A stretch of DNA of 64,000 bases from Raja brachyura (taxonomy: Eukaryota), in assembly GCA_963514005.1 (NCBI GenBank), contig OY740788.1, forward strand, positions 88,350,001 to 88,414,000. The letters run 5' to 3'. Positions 48,660 to 61,598 of this stretch are shown one piece after another (positions within the stretch are counted from its first letter, which is position 1; each line of letters begins with the position of its first letter). A program made the position numbers and the translations under genes. Under the pieces are notes generated by a model. The model was not told the origin of the DNA. It did not search any database and saw nothing but the letters and a program-made list of their open reading frames with translations.

Positions 48660-49903
48660 TGAGACCTCATTCTTCTGCACTCACTGATCTTCACAATGGG
48701 CTGTGTCATCCTGGAGTCACTCGTTTGTTACACTATGTTTGTTCCAAAAACTTACCTTTCTCTACAGAAGATGTGAAGATGACGTGTGCTTCATGTAGAA
48801 TCTGTGCTGAATTAAAACCAAGATTGATCAAAGCTACTCAACCTATGGAACGTTTGAGTATTGACTTCAAAGGGCCTTTACCATCCTCCTCTCGAAATGT
48901 TTATATACTTGCTTTAGTTGACGAATATTTGAGGTTCCCATTTGCTTTTCCTTGTCCAAATATGTCAGCTGCTATGGTTATCAAATGTTTAGATCAACTG
49001 TTTTCATTCTGTGGATTTCCAAGTTACATACATTCTGATAGGGGCACCTCATTCATGTCGTAAGATTTAAAGGACTACCCTTCTAAGAGAGGAATTGCAA
49101 CAAGTAAAACAACACCATATCATCCTATTGGAAATGGTCAGGTTGAGAGCTATAACGGAATCATTTGGAAAGCAGTGAAACTGCCTTTAAAGTCAAATGA
49201 CAAACCAGATCAGCATTGGGAATGTGTTCTACCAGATGCATTACACTCCATCAGATCTCTACTATCAACTGCTACCAATACTACTCCACATGAGCGGTTC
49301 TTTAACTTCAAACGGCGTTCTTCTAGTGGTACTTCTCTGCCATCATGGTTGACTAGCCCTGGGACCGTGTTGCTTCGTCATTATGTCCGATTAAATAAGA
49401 ATGAGCCTTTTGTTGATGAAGTTGAACTGACTGATGTCAACCCTTCTTATGCAACTAACAAGTATCAGGATGGACGCCAGTCAACTGTCTCACTTCGTGA
49501 CCTTGCGCCATGTCCGTCTTCTCCATCAGCTCCGTCACTTCTTGATAACACTAATCGAGAACGCCCTCCAACACTTCCAGCATCCCCTATGGAAACTTCT
49601 ATAAGTAATTCTAAAGTGAAGTTGATGACCAAGCAACATGTGTACCACCAGCTATTGAAACGCCATCATCTCCTGATGCTCCAGTGCTGCAACGGTCAAC
49701 AAGACGTACTAAACCTCCTGACTGTCTCAACTTATGAATAGGAGGGGAGAATGAAGTGGGCGCATGTGCGGGGCGTCGGGACGCGAGGCGTGCGGAATCA
49801 GCGATCATTTCCAGGCGTTTTGAAGATGTGTATTACAGAAATGAGTTGCTTAAAGCTTCAATAAAGTTTAAGTAAATTAGAAGTTTTCATTTGCCTTGCA
49901 TCA
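48660..49903 (+). mobile_element. Gypsy-like LTR retrotransposon 3' remnant (integrase, PPT, short 3' LTR)
   Basis: HHCC finger (LHNGLCHPG..CRIC), SIDFKGP, IHSDRGTSF and GNGQVE. PPT aggaggggagaa, then TG at 49752, aataaa, and CA near 49903. Confidence 0.85.
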
Positions 49904-51486
49904 CTTTGTTTTAGTTTAGTTTAGAGTTACAGCGCGGAAAAGAGGCACTTCATCCCACCGGTTTCTCACCAACCAGCAATCCCTGCACAGTAACACTAAC
50001 ACCATCCCACACACACCAGGGACAATTTACAGTCATACCAAGCCAACCTACATACTTTAACATCTTTGGAATGCGGGAGGAAACCGGAGATCCCGGGGGA
50101 AACCCACGCAGGTCACGGGGAGAACGTCCAATCACCAGACAGAAAAGCACCCATTGTCAGGATCGAATCCGGGTGTCGGGAATTGTAAGGCAGCAACTCT
50201 ACCCTTGCGCCACTGAGAGCTTGACATAAGTTATAGCATCTATGATAAACACGTCACTGAAAGCTAATATGCAGATGTACATGCAATGAAGTGTACAAAT
50301 CACATGTTGCCCCTAAGGTTTGGTAGAAGAACAAAGTATAGCCATGTCTTATTTATAAGGCCTTGGCCAGGCCACATAAGAAGTACTGGGCACAAAAATA
50401 AAACTTTGTTGCTTTAAGCTGAGTGCAGTGAAGATTTGTTCGATCGCTCCCAGAACAATATGTCTGTCATTTGAGGCAATATTGAGTAACTGCGGTCTAA
50501 TGTTTACAGTTAAGACGATTGAGAAGTCTCCAATCTATAAAATGGTTATGGGATTTGACAAGGTCAATGTGGAGAAGATGTTTCCCTGCTAGGGATTTAG
50601 ATTTATGGCGGCAGTTACAGTTTTTAAATTGAGGCCAAGCTCATTTAGGAGTGAACTCAGGAGAAATGTTGGTGAACCAAAGGTTCTGCACTCCAGAGGT
50701 GTGAAGGCTCCATCATTCATTGTACCCAAAAAATATAGAGAGATCAGTGGATATTGGAAGAATCAGAAGATATGGGAATGGTACAGAAAGTGTATTGAGG
50801 TCAGAGTTTTAATTCAATTTAGTTTAGAGATAAGGCATGGAAACAGGTCCTTCACACAACTGAGCTCATTCCAGCGTTCAAAGTTTCAAGTTCCTCGACA
50901 GAAATATCGCCAACAATTTGTCCTGGACCAGCCATGTCTAAGCTATGGTCAAAAAGCACTGATATTTCAAAAAGCACACCACGCTTCCACTTTCTTAGAA
51001 GGCGTCGGAAGTTTGTCATGTCCCCAACTACTGTCACCAACTTTTACAGATGCCTTTAATTGGGATGCATCACAGCCTGGGTCTGAGAACAGTTCCATGC
51101 AAGACCGCAAGGAATTGCAGAGAGCAGAAAAGAAGCCCTGACAATCACACAAACGTATTTATGCGCTGTGGATGGTTTGACTGTATTCATAGTCTTTCCT
51201 GGATAGCACACAAACTAAAGTCTTCCATTGCACCTCGATGCACATGCCAATAATAAACTAAATTACACTCAATTAAATGATCTTAGTGTGGTAGATGGTG
51301 CAGCTAATAGTGCCACTACGTCACAGTGCCAGAGACCTCAGGTGCTGTCTGTGTGAAGTTCGCAAGTTCTGCGGTGATCATAACTATTCACTCTGGATGC
51401 TCTGGATTTCTCCCACATTCTAAAGAAGTGAAAGCAGTTAGGTTGACACAAAATGCTGGAGTAACTCAACATGCCAGGCAGCATCT

Positions 51487-52950
51487 ATTAGACTCTATCC
51501 CCTCCTCCCAATTCCTCCGTCTACGCCGCATCTGCACCCAGGATGAGGTTTTCCATGCTCAGAGATGTCCTCATTCTTTAGGAAGGTTCCCCTCTTCCAT
51601 TACAGATGAGGTTCTCACCAGGGTCTCCTTGATATCCCGCAGATCCTCTCCCCTCCCCACATTTGCAATACGTCCCCCTTGTCCTCACCTTCCACCCCAT
51701 CAGCCGTCGCATACAGCATATAATCCTCTAGCACCTTCAGCACCGACAACGAGATCCCACTACTGCCCACATCTTCCCATCTCCACCCTTTCTGCTTTCC
51801 GCAGAGACCGTACCCTGCGCAACTCCCTCGTCAACTCGTCCCTTCCCACCCAAACCACCCCCTCCCCAGGTACTTTCCCCTGCAACCGCAGGAGATGCAA
51901 CACCTGTCCCTTCACCTCCCCCCTCAACTCCATCCAAGGACTCCGACAGTCTTTTCAGGCTAGGCCGAGGTTCACTCTGTTCAAAACCTCATCAAACCTC
52001 ATCTACTGTATCCGCTGAACTAGACGGATTCCTGGGATGTCAGGACTTTCATATGAGGAAAGATTGGATAGACTCGGCTTGTACTCGCTGGAATTTAGAA
52101 GATTGAAGGGGGATCTTATAGAAACTTACAAAATTCTTAAGGGGTTGGACAAGCTAGATGCTGGAAGATTGTTCCCGATGTTGGGGGAGTCCAGAACAAG
52201 GGGTCACAGTCTAAGGATAAGGGGGAATTCCTTTAGGACCGAGATGAGGAAAACATTTTTTACACAGAGAGTGGTGAGTCTCTGGAATTCTCTGCCACAG
52301 AAGGTAGTTGAGGCCAGTTCATTGGCTATATTTAAGAGGGCGTTAGATGTGGCACTTGTGGCTAAAGGGATCAGGGGGTATGGAGAGAAGGCAGGTACGG
52401 GATACTGAGTTGGATGATCAGCCATGATCACATTGAATGGCGGTGCAGGCTCGAAGGGCCGAATGGCCTACTCTTGCACCTATTTTTCTTTGTTTCTATG
52501 TTTTCTAGGTGTCAACATCGGCGAGACCAAGTGCAGGCTCGGCGATCGTTTCACTGAATACCTCCGCCTTAATCCCCCTTCCCATTCCCAAACTGACCTT
52601 TCTGTCCTGGGCCTCCTCCAATGTCAGAGTCAGGCCAAGTGCAAATTGGAGGAACAGCACCTCATATTTCGCTTGGGTAGCTTGCACTCCAGCAGTATGA
52701 ACATTGACTTCTCTAACTTCAAATAGCCCCTGTTTTCCCTCTCTCTCCATCCCCTCCCCTTTTCAAGTCCTTTCACGCATTTTACTGTCTCCGACTAAAT
52801 TCTATCTCTGTCCCGCCCACTCCCCTGACATCAGTCTAAAGAAAGGTCTCGACCCGAAACGTCACGCATTCCTTCTCTCCAGAGAAGCTAAGTTACTCCA
52901 GCATTTTGTACCTTCGATTTAAACCAGCATCTGCAGTTCTTTTTTTACAC
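51487..52950 (+). mobile_element. Penelope-like element 3' part (GIY-YIG endonuclease plus pLTR), split by a CR1 at 52026-52505
   Basis: SIPSSQFLRLRRIC, FPCNRRRCNTC, SSNLIYCIR | IGETKCRLGDRF, EEQHLIFRLGSL..MNIDF. Confidence 0.85.
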
Positions 52951-54157
52951 ACAATGTCGGTAGGTTAATTCGCTGTTCTAACTACCCCTACCCCAGAGCT
53001 ATGTCATTGCATTGCCCCTTTACATGTTTATTTGTCTGTTACCACGTTGTATGTTTTGAGCTGAATATCTCAGGTATCCAGACCACATCCAGCCACACTC
53101 GCAACACATCCTCTTTACTTAGTTGCATTGTTTAAGTATTGAACAAATGTCAGACCCATCGCATTGTTAAATAGATTTTAACAATATATGTTAATTTGCA
53201 AATTGATATTTTCCTGTGGCACCCAGTAAGTATGAAGTGTGACTGTTAACACAAACATTACATTAATAAGGACTGAAAGTACCATTGTTGATGAATTGCA
53301 GGAAGCCATGAAAGACTCTGCAAAAGGACATACTCAGGCAAGTTGGCGAGAAGGTGGCAGTCAGAGTATAATGTGGGAAAGCGCAAGGTTATTCACTTGT
53401 TTGGAAGAATAGCAGAGTGGGTGTGTCTACTTGCAGGTGAGTCCACATCTACATAGTGGGAAGCATTCAATGGAGAAACAATCAGACTTCAAGACCAACA
53501 TATTCCTAGAAGGGTAAATACTAAGAGTATTAAGTACAAGGAACTGTCGACAGTTATTGACGGTTGAATAAAGGGAAAAAGTGAAACTTATGACTGGTGT
53601 GGGGAACAAATGACCTGGAGGATTGTTAAATATCAAAGGATCAGAGAGAACTTAATAAAATTAGGAAGGCTGTATGGGCCATTAAAATCTCTGGCAGATA
53701 GGATTAAGTTACATTTGAAGACATACATAAGGTCAAAAGAATAAGTACAGAAAATGTAGCACCCACTAGGAACAACATGGGCAACATGGAGTCAGTGGTA
53801 GAGATGATGACCTAAATGTTACTTTTCATTGGAATTTAAACAGGAAACATCTTTTTTAGTTGGAAAATTCAATGAAGGAGAGGTGGGAGACTCTCTTATA
53901 AACATTTAGTTTAAAAATCATTTAGACAGGTACATGACAAGACAAGTTTAGAGGTATGTGGGCCAAATGCAGGCAGGTGGTACTGGTGTAGATGGGACAT
54001 ATAGGCCGGTGTGTGCAAGTTGAGCTGAAGGGCCTGTTTCCGTGCCGTGAGAAGATACTGGAACTAATTCATGACAATAATTGAGGAGGGCTCTGTGCTG
54101 GTGTTTACTACTCACTAAGCACTTGTGCGTTTGCAGAAATGATTCAATGCCTGACAA

Positions 54158-55100
54158 CAGACAATAGACAATAGGTGCAGGAGTAGGCCATTCGGCCCTT
54201 CGAGCCAGCACCGACATTCAATGTGATCTTGGCTGATCATCCCCAATCCTGCCTTCTCCCCATATCCCCTGACTCCACTGTCTTTAAGAGCCCTATCTAG
54301 CTTTCTCTTGAAAGCATCCAGAGAACCATCCTCCACCGCTCTCTGCGGCAGAGAATTTCAGACTCACAACTCTCTGTGAGAAAAAGTGTTTCCTCGTCTC
54401 TGTTCTAAATGGCTTACTCCTTATTCTAAAACTGTGGCCCCTGGTTCTGCACTCCCCCAACATCGGGAACATGTTTCCTGCCTCTAGCATGTCCAAACTC
54501 TTAACAATCTTATATGTTTCAATAAGATCCCCTCTCACCCTTCTAAACTCCAGAGTGTACAAGCCCAGCTGCTCCATTCTCTCAGCATATGACAGACCCG
54601 CCATCCCGGGTATTAAACTTGTAAACCTATGCTGCACTGCCTCAATAGCAGGAATGTCCTTTCTCAAATTAAGGGACCAAAACTGCACACAATACTCCAG
54701 GTGTGGTCTCACTAGGGCTCTGTACAACAGCAGAAGGACCTCTTTGCTCCTATACTCGACTCCTCTTGTTATAAAGGCCAACATGCCATTCGCTTTCTTC
54801 ACTGCCTGCTGTACCTGCATGCTTACTTTCATAGACTGATGAACATGGACCCCGAGATCCTGTTGTACTTCCCCTTTCCCCAACTTGATGCCATTTAGAT
54901 AGTAATCTGCCTTCCTTTTTATCCACATTAAACTTCATCCGCCATGTATCTGCCCACTCCCCCAACCTGTCCAAGTCACCCTGCATTCTCATAGCATGCT
55001 CCTCACAGTTCACACTGCCACCCAGTTTTGTGTCATCTGCAAATTTGCTAATGTTACTTTCAATCCCTTCATGCAAGTCATTAATGTATATTGTAAACAA
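54158..55100 (-). mobile_element. CR1 3' fragment
   Basis: ORFs 54293-54928 and 54750-55115 (SKFADDTKL, RPHLEYCVQFW). Confidence 0.9.
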
Positions 55101-55407
55101 GAGTATTTGTATCATCTATATATATGGCACGGTAGAGGCTGCACTTGGAATATTGTGTCCAGTTTTGGTCACCCTCATCTGTGAAAGATGTGATTCAGCT
55201 GGAAACAGTGCTGAAAAAATTACTGAGAATGTCACCAGGGCTCGAGGGATAGAGTTATCGGGAGAGTCTAGGACTTTATTCCTTGGAGTATAGGAAGCTG
55301 AGGAGTGATCTTATAAACTTGTCAAAATCATGAGGGCGTAAATAGTGTGAAAGCTATTCTAAGGGTTTGGGAATCGAGAAATAGAGAGCATAGTTTTACG
55401 GTGTGGG

Positions 55408-55467
55408 AAATAGAACCAATATCAAGTACTGACTGGTTACATTCAGCTGGGTTCCATTTTGAAATAT
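55408..55467 (-). other. Isolated duplicate of the J-like end and donor of V1 (IFQNGTQLNVT|gtcagt)
   Basis: Matches about 55570-55625, 160 bp away. Confidence 0.75.
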
Positions 55468-55594
55468 TTCCATACATTCTATGAATATTTTCTTAGTGAA
55501 CTTCTAATGATGTCTGTCTCTGTAAAACTGACAAAATGACGTCATGATTCCTCGTGATGTTAGGATTGGAAATAGAACCAATTTAAATACTCAC

Positions 55595-55945
55595 TGGTTA
55601 CATTCAGCTGGGTTCCATTTCCAAATAAAAACCCCCAAATGCCACAGATGTAATCAGTAGAGTCGGCAATCTTCACCTCTCTGATGGTCAGTGAGTAGCT
55701 GTTACTGGCGTCGTCCCTGGAAAGCTGAAATCGCTCGGAGAAGCCGCGTGACCTGTAAGTTTGGCCACTCACATAAAAACTAAGTATTTGTTTTCCATTA
55801 CGTGAGTTGTACCAGTGAACGCCGAATTTGTCCACCGTGTTACGCACATTGGTGCTGTTCAGGACACACCGTATCTCCACTGTTTCACCTTCACGCACCA
55901 CCAGAGCTCCTGGGGATTGGATCAGGGATGTGTTTCCTTTTAGAC
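55595..55945 (-). CDS. Gene B V1 exon: N-terminal germline-joined VJ Ig domain
   Basis: ttattacccacag| ... |gtgagt, 351 nt, phase 1/1. LKGNTSLIQSPGALVVREGETVEIRC..VHWY..SERF..DSTDYICGIWGFLFGNGTQLNVT, with canonical FGxG. Confidence 0.92.
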
Positions 55946-56126
55946 CTGTGGGTAATAACAACCAAAGATCAGAACAGGTGATGACCTGAAAAATAAAGAT
56001 AATAATTTGAAACAAAAGGCAGCATGGACATTTATGAATATTCTGCACATTCATTCCCAATTTGTACTCATTTTCTTTTCATCTGAGCTCCACTCTTTCA
56101 CTCAGCACTGAAATGACCAACAATAC

Positions 56127-56186
56127 TTTTGGTAAAAGCAACTGCACAGAAGTACAAACACTGGATGACAATGGATAAATCCTGTT
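56127..56186 (-). other. Candidate leader (signal peptide) exon of gene B, no ATG of its own
   Basis: QDLSIVIQCLYFCAVAFTK followed by a phase-1 gtattg donor about 180 nt upstream of V1. The donor is weak. Confidence 0.3.
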
Positions 56187-56277
56187 CTATGTAAGTGTTT
56201 GTTGACTGTAACTGTGTTAAACTGAGCAGTATATCAGGAACAAAGCTAGTATTTTAGTAACATTCATTTAGTATAGT

Positions 56278-57310
56278 CAATAGACAATGAACAAGAGACA
56301 CCAGGTGCAGGAGGAGGCCGTTTGGCCCTTCGAGCCAGCATCGCCATTCACTGTGATCATGGCTGATCATCCACAATCAGTACTCCTTTCCTGCCTTCTC
56401 CCCATATCCCTTGACTCCGCTATCTTTAAGAGCTCTATCTAACTCTCTCTTGAAAGCATCCAGAGAATTGGACTCCACTGCCTTCTGAGGCGGAGAATTC
56501 CACAAATTCGTAACTCTCTGTGTGAAAAAGTTTTTCCTCATCTCCGCTTTAAATGGCCTACCCCTTATTCTTAAAATATGGCCCCTGGTTCTGGACTCCC
56601 CCAACATCAGGAACATGTTTCCTGCCTCTAGTGTGTCCAACCTCTTAATAATCTTATATGTTTCAATAAGACCGTCTTCTCCTTCTAAATTCCAGTGTAT
56701 GCAAACCCAGCTGCTCCATTATTTGAACATATGACAGTCCCGCCATCCTGGGAATTAACCTCGTGAACCTCCGCTACACCCCCTCAATAGCAAGAATGTC
56801 TTTCCTCAAATTTGGAGACCAAAACTGTGCATAATACTCCAGGTGTGGTCTCAGCAGGGCCCTGTACAACTGTAGAAGGACCTCGTTGCTCCTTTACACA
56901 ACTCCTCTTGTTATGACGGCCAACATGCCATTCGCTTTCTCCACTGCGTGCTGTACCTGCATGCTTACTTTCAGTGGCTGCTGAATAAGGACACCCAGAT
57001 AATAATGACAGATAATAATCTGCCTTCCTGCTCTTGCCACCAAAGTGGACAACCTCACATTTATCCACATTAAACTGCATCTGGCATGCATCTGCCAACT
57101 CACTCAGCCTGTCCAAGTCACCCTGTATCCTCATAGCATCCTCACAGTTCACACTGCCTCCCAGCTTTGTGTCATCTGCAAATGTTACTTTTAATCTCTT
57201 CGTCTAAATCATTAAAGTATATTGTAAATAGCTGCGGTTGCAGCACCGAGCCTTGGGCACCCCACTAGTGGTGCCTCCCATTCTGCCTGCCATTCAGAAA
57301 GGGACCCGTT
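56278..57310 (-). mobile_element. CR1 3' fragment
   Basis: ORFs 56377-56640 and 56784-57152. Confidence 0.88.
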
Positions 57311-58618
57311 AAGATGTAAGATTCTGTTGCAGATTCAGATGAAGACAACTAGGGCAATTCAGCAAATCTCCAACATCTACACATGCATCATTAGAAAGCA
57401 TCCTAACGGGATACATCACAGCCTAGTTTGGGAACTGCTCTACCCAAGACCACAAGAAATTGCATTTGTGAATGCAGCCCAGCCCACCACACTGAACAGC
57501 CTCCTCTATTGACTCCATCTGCACTGCACGATGGCTCAGAAAAGCAACTAACATAATCAAAGACAATTCACGCTCCTGTCATTCCTTCTTCACCCCTCTC
57601 CTGTCAGGCAGAAGATGCAAAAACCTCAAAGCATCTGCCAACAGATTTAGCAACACCTCACATCCCCGGTTCCTACTCTTTCCCTGGTTACCCTCTTACA
57701 CTTCTCCTTATTTTTGACTGCCAGTGATATCTCCTCGTCCTTCTTTTCCATTCAAATTTATTTTTAAAGTACTCTTAGCTGAGGGGGCGCTGTCCTGTAC
57801 GGCTGCCAGTCCTGCAGCTGTCCGGTTATTTTTCACTTTTCTTTATTTTTAGTATATTAAAAGTGTTAGTTGGGGGTCTAATCTTTTTATGTGTGGGGGG
57901 TGGTGGGGGGGGAAGGGGGAAGCTGCTTTCTCAAGTCCCTACCTGGTTGGAGAGGCGGTTTTCCTCGAGCAGCAACTTCGACCCGTACGCGCGGCCTACC
58001 AGCGGGCCTGGCCGGAACCTCGGCTTCGTAGGTGACGCAGCGCTAGAGCGCTATTGTGCAGCGGAGCGGGCGATGCCTTGCCTGGGGTCACCACGCACGA
58101 TCTCCAGTACGCTGCGACCGGCGATAAAAACATGGCGGAGCCGCGGGTCTGTGGAGCGGCCAGCAGAGGGCGGCGGCGCTGAACTTTACACTTGTGGAGC
58201 CTGGGATCTCTCGCCGGGATCGCCAGTGTGTGGAGCTCGGTACAGCACGGCCTGTTGGCTTGGAAGCCGCGGTCTCCGGTAAGGAGGCGACTATTCCTGG
58301 CACCCCAAGCCGCTGAGAGGGTCTACCGACGCCGGAGTACCATCACCCGGTGAGAACAGCCGGGAACATCGGGCCTCCGTAGCGGCGACTGCGGAGGCCT
58401 CAATAGGCCCGACTACTTGGGGTGGACATGGACATGGTGATGGGGACTGGACTTTGTGCCTTCCCCCACAGTGGGGGGATGTTTGGAATGTTTTATGTTA
58501 AATTCTTTACTGTTGTGTTTGATCTTTAGTGTTGTGCTGCAGATGGCGCTGGAGGCGAGAGTGAACGCCGGCGCGATTGGCTGCCGCTGCGCTCTCTCCC
58601 AATCTATTGTCTTAGTGA

Positions 58619-58712
58619 GGGGTACACAAAAAGCTGGAGAAACTCAGCGGGTGCAGCAGCATCTAAGGAGCGAAGGAGATAGGCGACGTTTCGGGTCGAG
58701 ACCCTTCTTCAG
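58619..58712 (-). mobile_element. Solo Penelope pLTR-like unit with a minimal hammerhead-like motif, 9-bp TSD
   Basis: ctgaagaagggtctcgacccgaaacgtc at 58712-58685, flanked by tcttagtga. Confidence 0.65.
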
Positions 58713-60789
58713 TCTTAGTGACTTTGTTCTACTGTTCATGCATTTGTCGTATTGCTTGTTTGGTCACTTTTGATTATTGGCTATTTTGTTGTCCTGTGTT
58801 GTTTGCTTGTTCTGCTGTCTTCTTACTTGTTGTTGTATTTTTCCTGTAAAGCGCTATGAATTGCTGCTTGGACAAATAGTGCTACATAAATACATTTGCC
58901 TTGCCTTGCCGTTTGCACTCTCAACACTCAAGGGTCTTTCATAGGCCTATGTCTGCTGCATGCTTCCCTTGACCTTATTGAACGTGATGCACCGTGGTGT
59001 GGCTGGTAGACCCGCTGCCTCACAGAGCCAGAGGCATGAGTTCAATCCTGATCTCCGGTGCTGTCTGCGTGGAATTTGCAGGTTCTCCTAGAGACCACAC
59101 GGGTTTCCTCCGGGTTCACTTTCACACCCCAAAGATGTGTAGGTTTGGTGATTAGATGGCCTCTGTAAATTGGCCCCTAATGTGTAGGGAATGGATGAGA
59201 AAGTGGGATAGCATAGAACTGGTTCATTCGCTCATGGGTGAGACGATGGAGCTCGCTGTTGGCTTCTCTCGTCGTCCAACATGTTGACAGAATTGTCGCC
59301 CGATGCATTACAGAGTGTATCGCGACGTTGCCTCCAGGGATCACCACCGAGAGGCTTCTGTCATGATTCCCATAGAACTGGTGTGAACGGGTGATCAATG
59401 TTCAGCATGGACTCCATGGGCCAAGGGGTCTGTTTCCACCCTATATCTCTAAACCAAACTAAATTAAACTGAATTAAACTAAAACTAACATTTAAACTAA
59501 AAACTGAACTGAAACTTCAACCTCAACTTGTGTTCCCTTATCCTACCATCCTTACCTTTCATTTCTCCAGGAAGCTGTTAGCCCTGAATTTGCACAAATA
59601 TCACTTTAGAAGATTCCTACTATTTAGAACTTTAACTTCTGCACCAACTTTCTCCCTTTCCACAACTGCCTTGAAACTTAAAGCAAAATGACACCTAACT
59701 CCAACATGATTCATTGATAAAAAGCAAAATTGCTGGAAGAATACAGCGCGCCAGGCAGCATCTGTGCACCAGTCTGGACCCAAAACTTTAACTGTCAATG
59801 TCCCTTCCCTGAGGCTGCCTGACCCTCTGAGTCCCTCCTGCATTTAGCGTATTGCTCCACACTCCAGTATCTGCCATCTCTTGTGCCTCCATGCTCCAGG
59901 GGCATTGTACCATTTGGCCAGCCTTATTTCCCAAGATTACGTCCAGTACAGCTTATAGGACTATCTATGGATTGGCTGAAAAATCTGTACTGGGTTCATT
60001 TCTTCCCCATTTAAACCCTTTGCACTAAAGCACTCTCGGTCAATATGAGAGGAGTTTAAATCCCCTACTACTATAACACAAATTCTCAACAATAAAACAC
60101 TTATTGAGAAATGAGACAGGGCAAGTGAGTGAAGCATCAGTGGGGTAGCACTTTGCCATGGCCATACATCCATCAGTTAGAAATGGCTTCTTCATAGAAG
60201 ACAGGGAGATGTGGTGGAAGGTAGATATTCTGGCTGGAGTGATTTGACCAGTGGAGTGCAGCAGGATCTGTACTGGGACCTCTGCTGTTTGTGATGTATA
60301 TAAATGACCAACATGTAATTGTATATGGGTTGGTGAGTAGGTTTACAGATTACACCAGAATTGGAGGAGTTGCAGACAGTGAGGAATGCTGTCAGAAGGT
60401 ACAGGGGAATATAGATCAGCAGCATATGGGCTGAGATATGGCAGATGGAATTTAACCCTAGCAAGTGCGAGATGTTGTATTTTGGGAGGTTGAATGTAAG
60501 GGAAGAATATACAGGTAATGGCAAGACCCTAAACAGCATTGATGTGCATTGAGTGATCCTGGAGTCCAAGTTCATAGCTCTAGAGAAGGTGCAGAGGAGG
60601 TTGACCAGAATGTGACCTGCAGCAATGGATTACAGCTGCAGGGAGAGATGGGATAGAAATGGATTGTTTTCTCTGGAATATGAGAGGTTGAAGGAGACTT
60701 GTTAGAAATATGTAAAATTATGAGGTATAGATAGTGTAGTCAGTCAGAACCTATTTCCCAGAGTGGAAATGTCCAACCGTAAAGGGTAT

Positions 60790-61048
60790 GTTTTGTCAGG
60801 TCGGGGGGTGTTCCCACCACCACTGGGACCATGTAATCACGTGCTAACCTGCTCCATGGTCGGATAGTCGGCGACTAAACCGTTTCCCCCGCCTGGGGGC
60901 TCTGGACCTCCAGCAGGACCAAAAACAAGACAAGTCAAAGGGCGGATGAGGTCCTAGCGAGCCAACGGACATCCACATTTCAGTAGAAGTTGCGATCACT
61001 GTCGTACGTGGCATTGTAAAGCACCGTGCCTGTTGATGATGATGATGA
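60790..61048 (+). mobile_element. Short retroposon with (GAT)n tail (RTE-like), 10-bp TSD, inside an old CR1
   Basis: taaagggtat at 60780-60789 and 61049-61058. Confidence 0.65.
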
Positions 61049-61598
61049 TAAAGGGTATAGCAATAGGGTAAGAGAGGGGAAATTTAATGTGCGGGGAAAG
61101 TTTTCTACACAGAGAGTAGTGTGGGCCTGGAACGCATTCATACTCCACAGTGGAACTATTGGTTTGTTTAGAAGTCTCCGTACATATGAAAGTTGCACAT
61201 TATTCTTGCAGTGTCAATTTTTCTGTGTATCTCTATTTTCCTGTTTCATGCCCTTCTTTCCATTACCGCAACAGTTTGGATGCCTGTAGACAACTCCCAC
61301 AAAGGTCTTCTGACACTTGCTGCTTGTTAGATTCCACACCTCTGTGTCTGTCTTTGGTATAAATCAGCATTGCAGTTCCTTGCTATTACCTTTAATCTTT
61401 CCCAATTCTGACATAGGATCGCTGATCAGAAATGTGGACAATTTCCCTTTCCACAGATGCTGTCCGACCTGCTGGGTATTTCCTGAATTTTGAGGTTTTA
61501 GTTCATGTTTGCAGAATCAGCAGTATCTTGATTTTCATGGAATGGGAAATGTTGATTAGAAAGGATCAGTTACTGAAAGCAAACACACAGTGGCAGTG

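Noticed and set aside
11350-55945. A rearranging Ig light-chain or TCR locus
   Set aside because: V and J motifs are in one exon, there are no heptamer-spacer-nonamer pairs, no C1 exon was found, and the V exons splice in phase to TM and tail exons.
57780-58600. CpG-island promoter for gene B
   Set aside because: It resembles the GC-rich 5' region of a LINE family, with related sequence inverted near 31960-32400, so promoter function cannot be inferred.
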